64,000 bases of DNA, from NCBI GenBank assembly GCA_042568575.1, contig JBHPIO010000002.1, forward strand, positions 32,001-96,000, given 5' to 3'. The translations under genes were made by a program, and so were the position numbers. The DNA comes from Patescibacteria group bacterium. GTDB taxonomy: Bacteria; Patescibacteriota; Gracilibacteria; UBA1369; PNNO01. Below are positions 9,666 through 20,733 of the stretch, piece after piece. The notes under the pieces were generated by a model. That model searched no databases. It was not told the DNA's origin and saw only the letters and a program-made list of their open reading frames with translations. Position 1 is the stretch's first letter. Each line of letters begins with the position of its first letter.

Positions 9666-10040
9666 TTATTGGGAGTAGTTAAATATTTGATCAGGGTATC
9701 TTTCAACAATTCTACTGGTAACTTGATCAAGTGCTGCTCGCTTTGCTTGTTGCCTGATAAAGTTCTGTACTGCTTTATGGAAATCATAAATAGGCATGCT
9801 CGATTCTCTTCCTTGTGAATCCCTAAGGTATATTTGTTCGTGAGTTCCACCAAATGCAACAATACCTCGTGCTTCAAGCATTTCTGCGGCAGGACCTTCT
9901 AATTTAAGTTGTGGTTTTTCAGTTCGCTTTGGCCCAACTGCTTTACTTACTATCCTGGATAGCGACTGCCCTTCTGGAAGCCTTACAGGTTTAGTTCTTA
10001 AGTTTATTTGCCCTAATGGATCATATTCGTTTGGACGCAT
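9666..10040 (-). CDS. hypothetical protein
   Basis: 124-aa ORF; minus-strand TTGACA(10102-10097)-17-TAAATT upstream. Confidence 0.65.
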   Translation of the reverse strand: MRPNEYDPLGQINLRTKPVRLPEGQSLSRIVSKAVGPKRTEKPQLKLEGPAAEMLEARGIVAFGGTHEQIYLRDSQGRESSMPIYDFHKAVQNFIRQQAKRAALDQVTSRIVERYPDQIFNYSQ

Positions 10041-10181
10041 AGTTAATTGAGTTAAAAATTAATACGAGTGATTAATTTAACCTAATTTCGCCAATATGTC
10101 AACCCGTTTTTAGAGAGATTCGATTACGAACATCCGTTGCACTCTCTATAATAAAACTACTAAACTTCACTAATTGTTACT

Positions 10182-11129
10182 ATGGCACATCATCCTTTAA
10201 AAGTTTTTACAGGGACATCTCACCCAAAACTGGCAGAAGAGATTGCGAAAAACTTGAAGATTAAGCTTTCGCCAATGCACATTTCTCGTTTTGCTTGTGG
10301 GGAAATTTACGCAAAGCCGGGAGTGACTGTTCGTGGATGCGATATCTTTCTTGTTCAAACAGCGACTCAAAATGTTAACGAAGATTTGATGGAACTTTTT
10401 GTGATGCTGGATGCATTCAAAAGGTCGTTTGCGAACAACATCCATGTGGTAATGCCTCATTATGGATATGCAAGGCAAGATCGTGTTGCAACTCCTCGTG
10501 AACCGATTTCAGCAAAGCTTATGGCTGACTTAATTTCGACTGCAGGTGCGGATCATCTTATTACTTTGTCTCTGCATTCAGACCAAGAGCAGGGATTCTT
10601 TGACTTCCCGGTAGACAATCTTTACACAAAAAAATTCTTTTCAGATTATTTCAAAAAGAAAAAGCTTAAAGATCTTGTGGTTGTTTCTCCTGATGCGGGA
10701 GGTGCAAAAGAGGCGAAAAAATTTGCGGACATGTTAGGAGCTGAACTTGCGATTATCCATAAGGCAAGGCCGAAAGCAAATGTTTCCGAAGTTATTCACC
10801 TCGTGGGTGATGTTGAAAATAAGACATGTATTATTTACGACGACATGATCGATACAGGAGGATCTGTATGCAATGCGGCAAAGTCTTTAAGGGCGCATAA
10901 GGCGAAAAAAGATATTTACCTTGCTGCCACTCATCCAGTTTTCTCTAATCCGGCAGCGGAAAGACTTGCCAAGATTGGATTCAAGGAAGTTGTTGTAACA
11001 AATTCAATTCCGGTGCCGAAAGAAAAACAGTTCAAAGGTCTTAAAGTGTTATCGGTGGCGCCATTAATGGCAAAAATCATCAAAAATGTTTACTCGGCAA
11101 AATCTGTATCAACTGTATTTACTCCTTAA
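10182..11129 (+). CDS. prs: ribose-phosphate pyrophosphokinase
   Basis: PHYGYARQDR, VVSPDAGG and DDMIDTGGS motifs. Confidence 0.97.
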   Translation: MAHHPLKVFTGTSHPKLAEEIAKNLKIKLSPMHISRFACGEIYAKPGVTVRGCDIFLVQTATQNVNEDLMELFVMLDAFKRSFANNIHVVMPHYGYARQDRVATPREPISAKLMADLISTAGADHLITLSLHSDQEQGFFDFPVDNLYTKKFFSDYFKKKKLKDLVVVSPDAGGAKEAKKFADMLGAELAIIHKARPKANVSEVIHLVGDVENKTCIIYDDMIDTGGSVCNAAKSLRAHKAKKDIYLAATHPVFSNPAAERLAKIGFKEVVVTNSIPVPKEKQFKGLKVLSVAPLMAKIIKNVYSAKSVSTVFTP

Positions 11130-11142
11130 TCTAAAGTAATTC

Positions 11143-11577
11143 ATGGAAATTTATATCGGATCTGATCACGCAGGCTACAAATTAAAGCAGGCAGTAAAAA
11201 AACATCTTGAAGAAAGAGAGGTAAAAGTAACTGATCTTGGTTCTTTTAATGGTGAAGAGTCGGTGGATTATCCTGACATCGCGCGGGAGGTTGTGGAAAA
11301 AGTTTTAGAATATCCTGGAACATTTGGAATTATGATTTGTGGAACTGGTCAAGGTAGCGCGATGATGGCAAATCGTCATAAAGGAATTCGGGCCGCTTTG
11401 TGTACAAGCGAAGAATTAGCTGAAATGGCTAAAAGGCATAATCATGCAAACATGCTTTGTCTTGGGGAAAGAACTACGGAAGAGGGTCTTGCTCTTAAGA
11501 TCGTAGATAAATTCTTGGACACACCTGTTGATCCAGATGAAAGACACAAAAGACGTGTTGATAAATTTGACACATAA
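11143..11577 (+). CDS. rpiB: ribose-5-phosphate isomerase B
   Basis: IGSDHAGY, DYPD, ICGTGQG and RHNHAN motifs. Confidence 0.96.
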   Translation: MEIYIGSDHAGYKLKQAVKKHLEEREVKVTDLGSFNGEESVDYPDIAREVVEKVLEYPGTFGIMICGTGQGSAMMANRHKGIRAALCTSEELAEMAKRHNHANMLCLGERTTEEGLALKIVDKFLDTPVDPDERHKRRVDKFDT

Positions 11578-11580
11578 ACT

Positions 11581-12207
11581 ATGGAAATTAAAGTAGCACC
11601 ATCAATTCTATCTGCCGATTTTGGTAGGTTAAACGAGGATATTGCCACTGTGGATGAATATTGCGATTACATTCATGTTGATGTGATGGACGGTCACTTT
11701 GTGCCCAACTTAACTTTTGGTGCACCGGTTGCTAAATACATTAAAAGCAAAAAGCCTTTGGATGTTCATTTGATGATTGAAAATCCTGAAAAATATATTG
11801 AGGATTTTGCGAAAGCGGGAACGGATGTATTAACCGTACATTACGAAGCCGCGCATGATTTGGATGGAACGCTTGCGGAAATCAAAAAACACGGGATGAA
11901 GGCTGGGGCTTCAATTAAACCTGCAACTCCTGTTGAAGTTTTGGATCCATATTTAAAAGATCTTGATTGGGTGCTGATTATGTCTGTTGAGCCAGGATTT
12001 GGAGGGCAATCATTTATGCCAAATGCTCTTGGGAAAATTAGCTGGCTTCGCGAACAAGCTCCAGGTTTGGACATCGCAGTCGATGGAGGAATTACCGATA
12101 AAACAGGGAAAGAGTGCGTTGACGCGGGTGCGAACATTCTAATCGCCGGTTCTTACATTTTTAAGGCAGATGATAGAATCGCTGCAATTAAAAGTTTGAA
12201 AGGTTAA
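11581..12207 (+). CDS. rpe: ribulose-phosphate 3-epimerase
   Basis: APSILSADF, HVDVMDGHFVPN and MSVEPGFGGQ motifs. Confidence 0.97.
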   Translation: MEIKVAPSILSADFGRLNEDIATVDEYCDYIHVDVMDGHFVPNLTFGAPVAKYIKSKKPLDVHLMIENPEKYIEDFAKAGTDVLTVHYEAAHDLDGTLAEIKKHGMKAGASIKPATPVEVLDPYLKDLDWVLIMSVEPGFGGQSFMPNALGKISWLREQAPGLDIAVDGGITDKTGKECVDAGANILIAGSYIFKADDRIAAIKSLKG

Positions 12208-13004
12208 CTTTCGTGAGCCTTCTTAATTAGCTCAAGAAGTTTTTCGTGCAGTTTTGCATTGCTTGAAACGATAGATTTAACCGGGATTTTTGTAAGATCA
12301 AGCGGTTTGTTCTCGTCGTCAGTAACTTTTCCGCCGGCCTCTTCAACAATTAAAGATCCCGCAGCAACATCCCACGGCTTCAAACTAAATTCCCAAAAAG
12401 CATCGAACCTTCCGCATGCAACGTAAGCAAGATCAATCGCTGCAGAGCCAAGTCGTCTTAATAAATATCCTTCTTTAATTAGGTGATCAAAAACAATAAG
12501 GTTTTCTTCAACTAACTTTTTGTCAGGTGCAAAACCCGTTGCCATCAATGTCATCTCTTTTCCTTCGGCATCAGTTACGTGAATAGGTTCTCCGTTTAAA
12601 TAAGCTCCTTTTCCTTTCTCGGCCACAAAAAGTTCATCTATATACGGGTTATAAACAACACCAACTTGCACTTCGTTTTTTACAACAAGCGCAATTGAAA
12701 CTGAAAAAATCGGAAGTCTGTGTTTAAAATTAGTTGTTCCATCAAGCGGATCAATAATCCACCAGTAATCGCTATCATGAAGATGCTCGCCCGACTCCTC
12801 CGCAAGAATTGAATGCTCGGGATATTTCGCGGTAATACTATCTATAATCAGCTTTTCTGCCGCTTTATCTGCCTCTGTGGCAATGTCGTTATAGCCTTTG
12901 CGTTCAACTTCGAGAGTTTCTTTGTGAAAATATTCCATCAGGACTGCTCCGGCATTTTTTGCCATTTCGATTGCGTGATTTGTGAACTCTGAAAATTCCG
13001 TCAT
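12204..13004 (-). CDS. suhB: inositol monophosphatase family protein
   Basis: WIIDPLDGTTNF, RRLGSAAIDL and WDVAAGSLIVEEAGG motifs. Confidence 0.92.
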   Translation of the reverse strand: MTEFSEFTNHAIEMAKNAGAVLMEYFHKETLEVERKGYNDIATEADKAAEKLIIDSITAKYPEHSILAEESGEHLHDSDYWWIIDPLDGTTNFKHRLPIFSVSIALVVKNEVQVGVVYNPYIDELFVAEKGKGAYLNGEPIHVTDAEGKEMTLMATGFAPDKKLVEENLIVFDHLIKEGYLLRRLGSAAIDLAYVACGRFDAFWEFSLKPWDVAAGSLIVEEAGGKVTDDENKPLDLTKIPVKSIVSSNAKLHEKLLELIKKAHES

Positions 13005-13076
13005 AAATTTAAAATTAATATTTTTCTAAAATCATCATATATAAAGTGGAATAAAATTGCGAAAACAAATAGAATC

Positions 13077-13592
13077 ATGGTAATGAAAAATAAGATCAAT
13101 AGTATTGTTTATGTCTCGGCTGGAATACTAATTGGAGCACCTGTATTACTTTTTTTGTGGATCTCTTCAAGTTATCCTCTTGTAGAGGAGGTTGTTGTGA
13201 ACGATGTAGTTGGCGAGATGGCTGCGCCTCTTATTCTATTGGTTTGGTTTTTAGTTATTCAGAAGTTATCAGCGAATCTAAAAATATATCTTCCTTTTAT
13301 CGTGGGCCTGATTTTGTTTTTATTGGGTGCTGTTGTGGATGTTTTGGATGAAATATATCAAATAGGTGATGCTCCTATTCTTCCTCAAGTTGAAAATGTT
13401 GGGATACCGTTTGGGCTTGCTTTTGCGAGCCTTGGGCTTTATTTTTGGGCGAATGAGCTAAAGCAAACCGCCAAAGAATTAACGACTAATAAAAAGAACT
13501 TAGCTAAAAAGAATGCTGAGCTAAAGGAGACAATGGAAGATTTATATGAGTTAAAAACAAATATGGAAAAAGATATTCAGGACTTGGATTAA
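13077..13592 (+). CDS. 4-TM membrane protein with a C-terminal coiled coil
   Basis: Hydrophobic helices followed by a heptad-like tail. Confidence 0.7.
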   Translation: MVMKNKINSIVYVSAGILIGAPVLLFLWISSSYPLVEEVVVNDVVGEMAAPLILLVWFLVIQKLSANLKIYLPFIVGLILFLLGAVVDVLDEIYQIGDAPILPQVENVGIPFGLAFASLGLYFWANELKQTAKELTTNKKNLAKKNAELKETMEDLYELKTNMEKDIQDLD

Positions 13593-13661
13593 AAAAAACT
13601 TGCCAAAACAGAAAGTTTCTTATACAATCAAATCCATGTTTCGCAACTTTACAAGAATGCT

Positions 13662-16028
13662 ATGAAGAGAAATCTTGTTTTCTTACTTATCTTTGCCTTT
13701 GCCATTATTGGCAGTTCGTTCGCAGTATCGCGTGATCAAGTTAAAAGTAAAATTAAGTTGCCCCCTCAGGAGCACATAGAACAAGAAGCCGAAGATACAT
13801 CGGAGCCAGCTCGGATTCCGGTTCTTGAATATCATAATTTTAATGATGAAGAAGGTCGATGGACTCGCACTCCAGACAATTTTTATGGAGATCTGCAGTG
13901 GCTTTACAATAACAATTATCGTCCGGTAACTGTTGAGCAATTCCTTAAAATGGAATTCCAAATGGAGCCCGGTATGAAGCCTTTTTTAATGACGTTTGAC
14001 GATGCCAGTGAGAATCAATTTAGATATCTTGAAGATGGAACGATTGATCCAAATTCAGCGATTGGAGTAATGAATAGATTTATAGAAGAGCATCCTGATT
14101 TTGGGACGTCTGCAACGTTTTTTGTTCTTCCTTATAGTTTTGGGCAGGCAGATTTGATAGATGAAAAATTAAAGTACTTAGTTCGAACCGAACGTGAAAT
14201 AGGCAATCATACATTTGGGCATGAAGATCTTGAAAATTATGATGGAGAGACTATTCAATGGACTCTCGCGAGTCAGGAAAAATACGTTCAGGAACAGCTC
14301 GGCGAGTCGTATCAGGTTCGTGCGCTGGCTTATCCTTTAGGTCATTATCCAGATGGCGATTTGTTTGAATATATAAAAAGTGGTGAATCAGAAGGTCACT
14401 CGTATGAAATTGATGCAGCATTTTTAGTTGGATCTCATCCGACCTTGCTTCCAGATAATGCGGACTTTGAACCACATAGAATTCCTCGAATCCAAGCGTT
14501 TGATGATGAGTGGGGGCGTTGGTTTAACAGAGCTCCGGGAGAAACTGCAAAAAGCGAGGAAGTACCTAACTTTAGGCCTTACAGAGTGGATAAAAAGCAC
14601 TCGGTAGGAGTGCAAGAAGTTCCCGATCTTGATGGGACTTTGAAACCTTCCGAGGAGGTTTATGAAGAAACAGAAGAAATTGCTGAAGTTGTGGCTGATG
14701 AGGTTGTCGAAGAGATTACAGAGGAACCAGCTCCAGAAGAGCCAAAATTCCCATACGAAACCTGCAAACCATCAGACTACGAATTGTCTCCAAATGGAAA
14801 AGTATTTTGGACGTGGGCAAAGAACAAAACGAAGATGATCCAATTAAACCCAATTCCAGCGGAACTTAAACCGCGAGATGGCAAATTCTATTACACAATC
14901 ACAGGCGAGGAAGGGTCTATTTCTGAAAAATTCCTTTCATACTCTCGTCATTATAGAATGTCGAAATTTAAAGACGCGATTTTAGAAGCAAATCCGGAAA
15001 GCGATTTTGAAGCTGAAGAAGAAATTATAATTCCTGATATTCCGCTATTATTAGTGAATAGGCCAATTCATTCAAAGGATCCGTGGGGAATTTATCTTAC
15101 TGGATATTCTGCGACTTCAGATGAAGGTCCGCGGCTTGTTCAACAATTAAAAGATCGTGGTGGAAATCTAATAATCTTTGATGTTAAGGAAATTGACGGT
15201 TATGTTTTTTATCCATCGGAGGTTCCAATGGTTGCGGAAACAGGTGCAGATGCACATACCGTGATTCCTGATTTGGATAATTTTGTTCGATACTGGCATG
15301 AACAGGATATTTATCTGGCAGCACGTATTGTTATTTTTAAAGATATAAACTTGGCGCGTTCGCGTCCTGATTTGGCAATTCAAAACCAATATGGAGCGCC
15401 GTGGGAAAACCGTGAAGGATCTGTTTGGGTAGATCCGTCTCAGCCAGAAACTCAGCAGTATATTTTGGATTTGGTTGATGAGATTGCACAGTCAGGTGTT
15501 GATGAAATTCAGTTCGACTACATAAGGTTCCCGACTCTCGGGCCTGTTGAAGACACTAGATATAATTTTGATGAAGCAAATGTCGAGAAATATGAAGTTA
15601 TCCGAAATTTTGTGGCAAGAGTTCACGATCAATTACGCCCATACGATACAAAACTTTCTTTGGATGTTTATGGCGTGATTGCATGGAATGATGGGTATGA
15701 CGCACGTTCTACCGGTCAAAGAATGGAATGTCTTGGTCCTTATATCGACGTAGTTTATCCAATGGTATATCCATCACACTTTGGTCCTGGATTTGCGGGA
15801 TACGACAACCCTGGCGATCATCCGTACTACTTTGTTGCGGAAAGCGTTAGATTATTTAGACACTATTTACAAGGTACCAATACGGACATACGTCCATGGC
15901 TTCAGGCCTTCGCTTGGCGTGTAAGTGATTACGGTCCATGGTATATTGATGAACAGGTGAAAGGTGCAAGTGACGAAGGAGTTTATGAATATGCTCTTTG
16001 GAACGCCGGTAACCGATATTTCGACTAA
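13662..16028 (+). CDS. secreted polysaccharide deacetylase fused to a putative glycoside hydrolase (DUF4015-like)
   Basis: Signal peptide; IPVLEYH, MTFDDA, IGNHTFGH and LAYPLG (NodB-like); C-terminal ARIVIFKD, DEIQFDYIRFP, PMVYPSH and RPWLQAF. Confidence 0.8.
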   Translation: MKRNLVFLLIFAFAIIGSSFAVSRDQVKSKIKLPPQEHIEQEAEDTSEPARIPVLEYHNFNDEEGRWTRTPDNFYGDLQWLYNNNYRPVTVEQFLKMEFQMEPGMKPFLMTFDDASENQFRYLEDGTIDPNSAIGVMNRFIEEHPDFGTSATFFVLPYSFGQADLIDEKLKYLVRTEREIGNHTFGHEDLENYDGETIQWTLASQEKYVQEQLGESYQVRALAYPLGHYPDGDLFEYIKSGESEGHSYEIDAAFLVGSHPTLLPDNADFEPHRIPRIQAFDDEWGRWFNRAPGETAKSEEVPNFRPYRVDKKHSVGVQEVPDLDGTLKPSEEVYEETEEIAEVVADEVVEEITEEPAPEEPKFPYETCKPSDYELSPNGKVFWTWAKNKTKMIQLNPIPAELKPRDGKFYYTITGEEGSISEKFLSYSRHYRMSKFKDAILEANPESDFEAEEEIIIPDIPLLLVNRPIHSKDPWGIYLTGYSATSDEGPRLVQQLKDRGGNLIIFDVKEIDGYVFYPSEVPMVAETGADAHTVIPDLDNFVRYWHEQDIYLAARIVIFKDINLARSRPDLAIQNQYGAPWENREGSVWVDPSQPETQQYILDLVDEIAQSGVDEIQFDYIRFPTLGPVEDTRYNFDEANVEKYEVIRNFVARVHDQLRPYDTKLSLDVYGVIAWNDGYDARSTGQRMECLGPYIDVVYPMVYPSHFGPGFAGYDNPGDHPYYFVAESVRLFRHYLQGTNTDIRPWLQAFAWRVSDYGPWYIDEQVKGASDEGVYEYALWNAGNRYFD

Positions 16029-16636
16029 TACTTCCTTCTCTTATTAAGCACGTCAATGTATTCGTTGTGCGCTTCTATGAACTGGATGTATGAACCCTGA
16101 AGGGTTTCTTTTAAAGCTGGAAGGTTTATTGGTTCTGGTTCAGTTGGTGGTTCTTCTGCGACTACTTCTTCCCCTTCAACCGCAATTTGTTCTTCAGGTA
16201 CGACTTCTTCTGGAGGGGCATATGCCTTGATAATTTCAGCTGCACTATTAATCCAAGAAACAAGCGCGGGTCTGTAGGTTTCAAAATATTCAGTTTGAAT
16301 TGCTTCTTGCTCACTTTCGAAAACGCTATTTTGCATTAGAGAATCAAGAAGGTCGTTCTCTCTTTTAATTTGTTCGAACTTTTGATTGAAAGGTCCCAAA
16401 TCTCCTCCATCTTCAAATGCACCGATAGTCGCTTGAGTATCCATCATTAAATTTCCCAAACCGTGCGTGTATTCAACAATATCGTTATGAAGATCCATTT
16501 CGTACGAAGAAAGATGAGTAGGGCCGATAAGTTGAGATTTGCCTTCAGTAAAGTCAAAAACACCATACACGAAAAGAATGCCCAAAATTATGGTCGCTCC
16601 TGTGATGCTGCTGCTGTAAATAAGAAATTTCTTCAT
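16025..16636 (-). CDS. membrane-anchored hypothetical protein
   Basis: N-terminal TM segment; acidic body. Confidence 0.7.
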   Translation of the reverse strand: MKKFLIYSSSITGATIILGILFVYGVFDFTEGKSQLIGPTHLSSYEMDLHNDIVEYTHGLGNLMMDTQATIGAFEDGGDLGPFNQKFEQIKRENDLLDSLMQNSVFESEQEAIQTEYFETYRPALVSWINSAAEIIKAYAPPEEVVPEEQIAVEGEEVVAEEPPTEPEPINLPALKETLQGSYIQFIEAHNEYIDVLNKRRKY

Positions 16637-16726
16637 AGTACCCGTAGTATGCTAGATTTTGCTGTCCATTGCAAAACTTTTCATTTCTGGTAGAATATTC
16701 AGGCTATATTTAAGGCAAAAACGCCT

Positions 16727-18700
16727 ATGTCCGACCAAAAATTTAGACTAGTTTCAGATTTCAAACCAACGGGTGATCAGCCTAGGGCTATTGAAGAACT
16801 TGTGAAAGGGATCAATTCGGGCAAAGTTCACCAGGTGCTTCTTGGCGCTACTGGAACAGGAAAAACGTTTGTTATGTCGAACGTAATTGAACAAATTCAG
16901 AGACCTGCGCTTGTGCTTGCTCATAATAAAACTTTAACAGCTCAACTTTGCAGTGAGTTCCAGGAGTTTTTTCCGGATAACGCGGTGAGTTATTTCGTTT
17001 CATATTACGATTACTATCAACCGGAGGCGTATCTTCCGAGTACGGATACTTATATCGAAAAAGATTCGTCGATTAATGAAGAAATTAACAAATATAGGCA
17101 TGCGGCGACAATGAATCTTCTTACAAGAAAAGATGTGCTAGTTGTGGCTTCTGTATCTTGTATTTACGGCCTTGGTTCTGTTGAAGGATATGGAGATGTT
17201 GCGGTTGAACTCAAAACAGGAGAGTCGTATAAGCGTGATAAAATGCTCCGTCATCTAACGGACATTCAATATACCAGGTCGCAACTTGAATTCCGTCGTG
17301 GAATGTTCCATGTAATTGGCGATACTGTTGAGGTGTATCCACCATCGGGCGATACAATTTATCGTCTGGAATTTTTTGGAGATGAACTTGAGAGGATTTC
17401 GGAAGCGGATGCGTTTACCGGGGAAGAACTTAGTGAGCATGAAAGTGTGAAAATATTTCCGGCGAAGCATGACGTAACAACTCAGGAACGTATTCAGAAA
17501 GCGGTTGGGATGATTCAGGGTGATTTGAAGGTGCGATATGATCAATTAAAGAAAATGGGGAAAATTGTTGAAGCTCAGCGTCTTAAAACACGAACAGAAT
17601 ATGATATTGAAATGCTTCTTGAAACCGGATACTGCAGTGGAATAGAAAATTATACTCGCTATTTGAATCTTCGTGAGCCTGGTGAGCAGCCGGCAACGCT
17701 TATGGATTATTTTCCTGATGATTTTGTGCTGTTTGTTGATGAAGCACATATGACAATTCCGCAAATTGGTGCGATGCATAATGGAAATCTTTCGCGTAAG
17801 CAGACTTTGGTGGAACATGGCTTTAGAATGCCATCCGCGCTTGATAATCGTCCTTTGAAATTTGAGGAATTTGAAGATCATATTCGCAAGGCGGTTTATG
17901 TTTCGGCGACTCCTGGAAAGTATGAAATGGCTAAGGTGAAAAATAAAGTTGTGGAGCAGGTGATTCGTCCAACTGGACTTGTGGATCCGATAGTTGAAGT
18001 ACGTCCGATTAAAGGTCAGATAGATAATTTGCTTGGTGAAATCAGAACTCGAATTAAGGCGAAGGAAAGGGTGTTGATAACTACTTTAACAAAGCGTTCG
18101 TCCGAGGAATTTACTGATTATCTTGCGGAGCAGGGAATTAAAGTGCGATATCTTCATTCAGAAGTTGATACACTTGATAGAATTGAGATTTTGCGTGATC
18201 TTCGGCTTGGTAAATTTGATGTGCTTGTTGGAATTAATCTATTGCGAGAAGGATTGGACCTTCCGGAAGTTTCATTTATTGCCATTATGGATGCGGATAA
18301 ACAAGGATTTCTTCGCTCGACTCCTGCGCTTATTCAAACGATTGGACGTTGCGCGCGTAATGTAAATGGTTTTGTGGTTATGTACGCGGATAAAATAACA
18401 GATGCTATGAAGGGTGCGCTTGGTGAGACGGAGCGTCGTCGAAAAATTCAAATTGCTTATAACAAAAAACACGGCATTACACCGGAAACAATCAAAAAAG
18501 AAGTTAAGGATATTACTTTGCATATGAAAAAGACTGAAGAAAGGCATTATGATGCGAAAAAGATACCAAAAGATGAAATGAAGCATCTTCTTAAAACCCT
18601 CGGAGCACAAATGGATCTGGCTTCTCAGAATCTTGAATTTGAGAAAGCCGCAGAACTTAGGGATGAAATCGACATGCTTCGAGAAGAATTTGGTTTGTAA
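16727..18700 (+). CDS. uvrB: excinuclease ABC subunit B
   Basis: [34 protein letters not shown] and a C-terminal UVR domain. Confidence 0.98.
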   Translation: MSDQKFRLVSDFKPTGDQPRAIEELVKGINSGKVHQVLLGATGTGKTFVMSNVIEQIQRPALVLAHNKTLTAQLCSEFQEFFPDNAVSYFVSYYDYYQPEAYLPSTDTYIEKDSSINEEINKYRHAATMNLLTRKDVLVVASVSCIYGLGSVEGYGDVAVELKTGESYKRDKMLRHLTDIQYTRSQLEFRRGMFHVIGDTVEVYPPSGDTIYRLEFFGDELERISEADAFTGEELSEHESVKIFPAKHDVTTQERIQKAVGMIQGDLKVRYDQLKKMGKIVEAQRLKTRTEYDIEMLLETGYCSGIENYTRYLNLREPGEQPATLMDYFPDDFVLFVDEAHMTIPQIGAMHNGNLSRKQTLVEHGFRMPSALDNRPLKFEEFEDHIRKAVYVSATPGKYEMAKVKNKVVEQVIRPTGLVDPIVEVRPIKGQIDNLLGEIRTRIKAKERVLITTLTKRSSEEFTDYLAEQGIKVRYLHSEVDTLDRIEILRDLRLGKFDVLVGINLLREGLDLPEVSFIAIMDADKQGFLRSTPALIQTIGRCARNVNGFVVMYADKITDAMKGALGETERRRKIQIAYNKKHGITPETIKKEVKDITLHMKKTEERHYDAKKIPKDEMKHLLKTLGAQMDLASQNLEFEKAAELRDEIDMLREEFGL

Positions 18701-18734
18701 CTGAACGTGAAGTGCGAAAGTATATCTGTAACGA

Positions 18735-18830
18735 ATCCGGATCGATCCGGAAGTCATTCCCGGACCAGTCCGGAATTAATAAAATTTTAATTAAAATTGT
18801 TGTATAGATATGTTCCGCCCCAGGGCGGAT
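18735..18830. repeat. cluster of short REP-like palindromes
   Basis: CCGGATCGATCCGG, GTCATTCCCGGACCAGTCCGGAAT and TCCGCCCCAGGGCGGA downstream of uvrB. Confidence 0.45.
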
Positions 18831-18883
18831 TCGCCTTGTATCCTGATTATATTCTGGCTCTCGCAATTCACGTTAACCGACTA

Positions 18884-18911
18884 TTGACAAACTCCCTGTA
18901 ACCGTTATAAT
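18884..18911 (+). promoter_or_regulatory. sigma70-type promoter
   Basis: TTGACA-16-TATAAT upstream of the ATG at 18933. Confidence 0.65.
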
Positions 18912-18932
18912 ACTAGCCTTAAATCTTTCCCT

Positions 18933-19646
18933 ATGGGCTTACCTATGGACAGAGAAGCTGGCTCGTCTTTTCCACTTTCAACTCAAGTTGAGGGAACCGT
19001 TGCGGCTGAACAAGAGAAACGAATACTGGATATTCTAGGAAGTCTTAGTGCGATTTTTGCGAAGGTGAAGGAGTATTATGCTGTTGAGGCAAAAGAAGAA
19101 GAGGCACGTCAACTTGCAGAGGAAATTGATAGAATGGTGAGTGAATTAATTACTTCATTTGATGCGGGTCAATTTTCTTTGTTGACTGAAGAAGAAAGAG
19201 ATTCTATCGATGCACTAAGAGCAGGGAATAGGGAAATAAATGCAATCGGGACCTATGTAGAAACTTTAGTTGATTTATATAGTTCAATTGGCACACGGGA
19301 TGACGTTATTGGGCTCATAGATTTGCAGAGTAATGACAGGTTTGCCTTACAAAGAGCTTTTCTCGTAAAATTTTTAGCGGCGATTCAGGAATTTAAAAAT
19401 GATCAAACGGTTGATAATCTAATAAGAGTTATGTCGCTTGTAAAAGCATATGAGCGAATGCAGATTAAAGAGAGCATAGAGCAAAATGGAGCCAAAAGGC
19501 ATTGTGAAAGGTTCAGGGGATTTTTCAATGGGAATGTAATGACTTGTTTAAGGGCGAATGGAGCTTTCCAAGACGATGTTTTAGATAAAATATATGAAGG
19601 AGCAAACAGTTTGCTTGGAACATTGAAGGCAACTATTCAAGCATAG
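18933..19646 (+). CDS. hypothetical helical protein
   Basis: 237-aa ORF with its own promoter. Confidence 0.7.
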   Translation: MGLPMDREAGSSFPLSTQVEGTVAAEQEKRILDILGSLSAIFAKVKEYYAVEAKEEEARQLAEEIDRMVSELITSFDAGQFSLLTEEERDSIDALRAGNREINAIGTYVETLVDLYSSIGTRDDVIGLIDLQSNDRFALQRAFLVKFLAAIQEFKNDQTVDNLIRVMSLVKAYERMQIKESIEQNGAKRHCERFRGFFNGNVMTCLRANGAFQDDVLDKIYEGANSLLGTLKATIQA

Positions 19647-19719
19647 CCAAAATCGGCCTTTAAGTGTTTACCAGAGGGCTTATTTGTGCTATAATAGTAA
19701 GATTTTTTAATGTATTTGT

Positions 19720-20733
19720 ATGAATTCTGACTCATTATCAGACGAGGAATTAGATCAGTTGAGAAGTATTTGGGAGAAACCTTTGGAAAATGTGCCGCAG
19801 GCTCCACAAGAAGCTTCTGCTAAAATTGCTGAATCTATTAGTATAGATGTAAAAAAAGCATCAAATATTAGTATTCCTGAAAAAAGAGAGGATCAACTTG
19901 AATCGTTAAGTGCAATTAGTGAGGCTTTTATTCGTATTGTGGAAAATTCAAATAATCTTGAAGGATGTAAACAATCTGTGCAGAATTTTGAAGAAATTGT
20001 GAATGACCAGCAAACCATAAAAAGACTCGGAGACAAAGTGAGAACTGTTCTGAATTTTATTGTGACAAGATCAAATCAACTTATTAAAGATGTAGAAGAG
20101 GGAAAAGAAGGCGCTTTTGAAGCCTTTGAACTATTTATAAAAGGTAGAATGAGGGATGACCAAAGTGTAGAAGAACAAAGTAGAATTGGGGATATACAAA
20201 TAGGACTGGATGGTGTAATAAAACAAAAAACTAAGGTGGAAGATAAAATGTCAGGAGAGATGCGCATGCCTCCTGATCCCACCCCTCTGGAAATAAAAAC
20301 TTTAGAAGCACTTTTGAACGGACTCAGGATTCCTTATAGCCCGATTGACGTTATAAAGATATTTAAAGAAGAAGATCAGCAAGAAACATTCGAGCTCGCT
20401 TTTAGAAACGAAGAGGAAGAACTCGATAAAGAGATGATGAGCGGTTTATTACGTTCGAAGGCAATTTTAAGAAAATGCAAAGAAGAAGGTGCAGATCCAG
20501 AAGTTGAAAAGGACGTGGAAGAAGAAGTTGGGTATTGGAAAAATATGACTGAGTTAGATTTTTTCCCTGGAGAAAGGCGTAAAAAACTTAAAGAGTATTA
20601 TCGTTTTAAAAACATGCTAAGAAATTTCGATATGGTTAAAAATGGAGAAGTCCCATATGACGAAATGCTCGAATTATACAGAAAACTAAAACCAAAATCT
20701 AAAAGAAAAAATGATGACGAAGCTAACGCCTAA
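19720..20733 (+). CDS. hypothetical acidic coiled-coil protein
   Basis: 337-aa ORF; TGCTATAAT extended -10 upstream. Confidence 0.7.
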   Translation: MNSDSLSDEELDQLRSIWEKPLENVPQAPQEASAKIAESISIDVKKASNISIPEKREDQLESLSAISEAFIRIVENSNNLEGCKQSVQNFEEIVNDQQTIKRLGDKVRTVLNFIVTRSNQLIKDVEEGKEGAFEAFELFIKGRMRDDQSVEEQSRIGDIQIGLDGVIKQKTKVEDKMSGEMRMPPDPTPLEIKTLEALLNGLRIPYSPIDVIKIFKEEDQQETFELAFRNEEEELDKEMMSGLLRSKAILRKCKEEGADPEVEKDVEEEVGYWKNMTELDFFPGERRKKLKEYYRFKNMLRNFDMVKNGEVPYDEMLELYRKLKPKSKRKNDDEANA

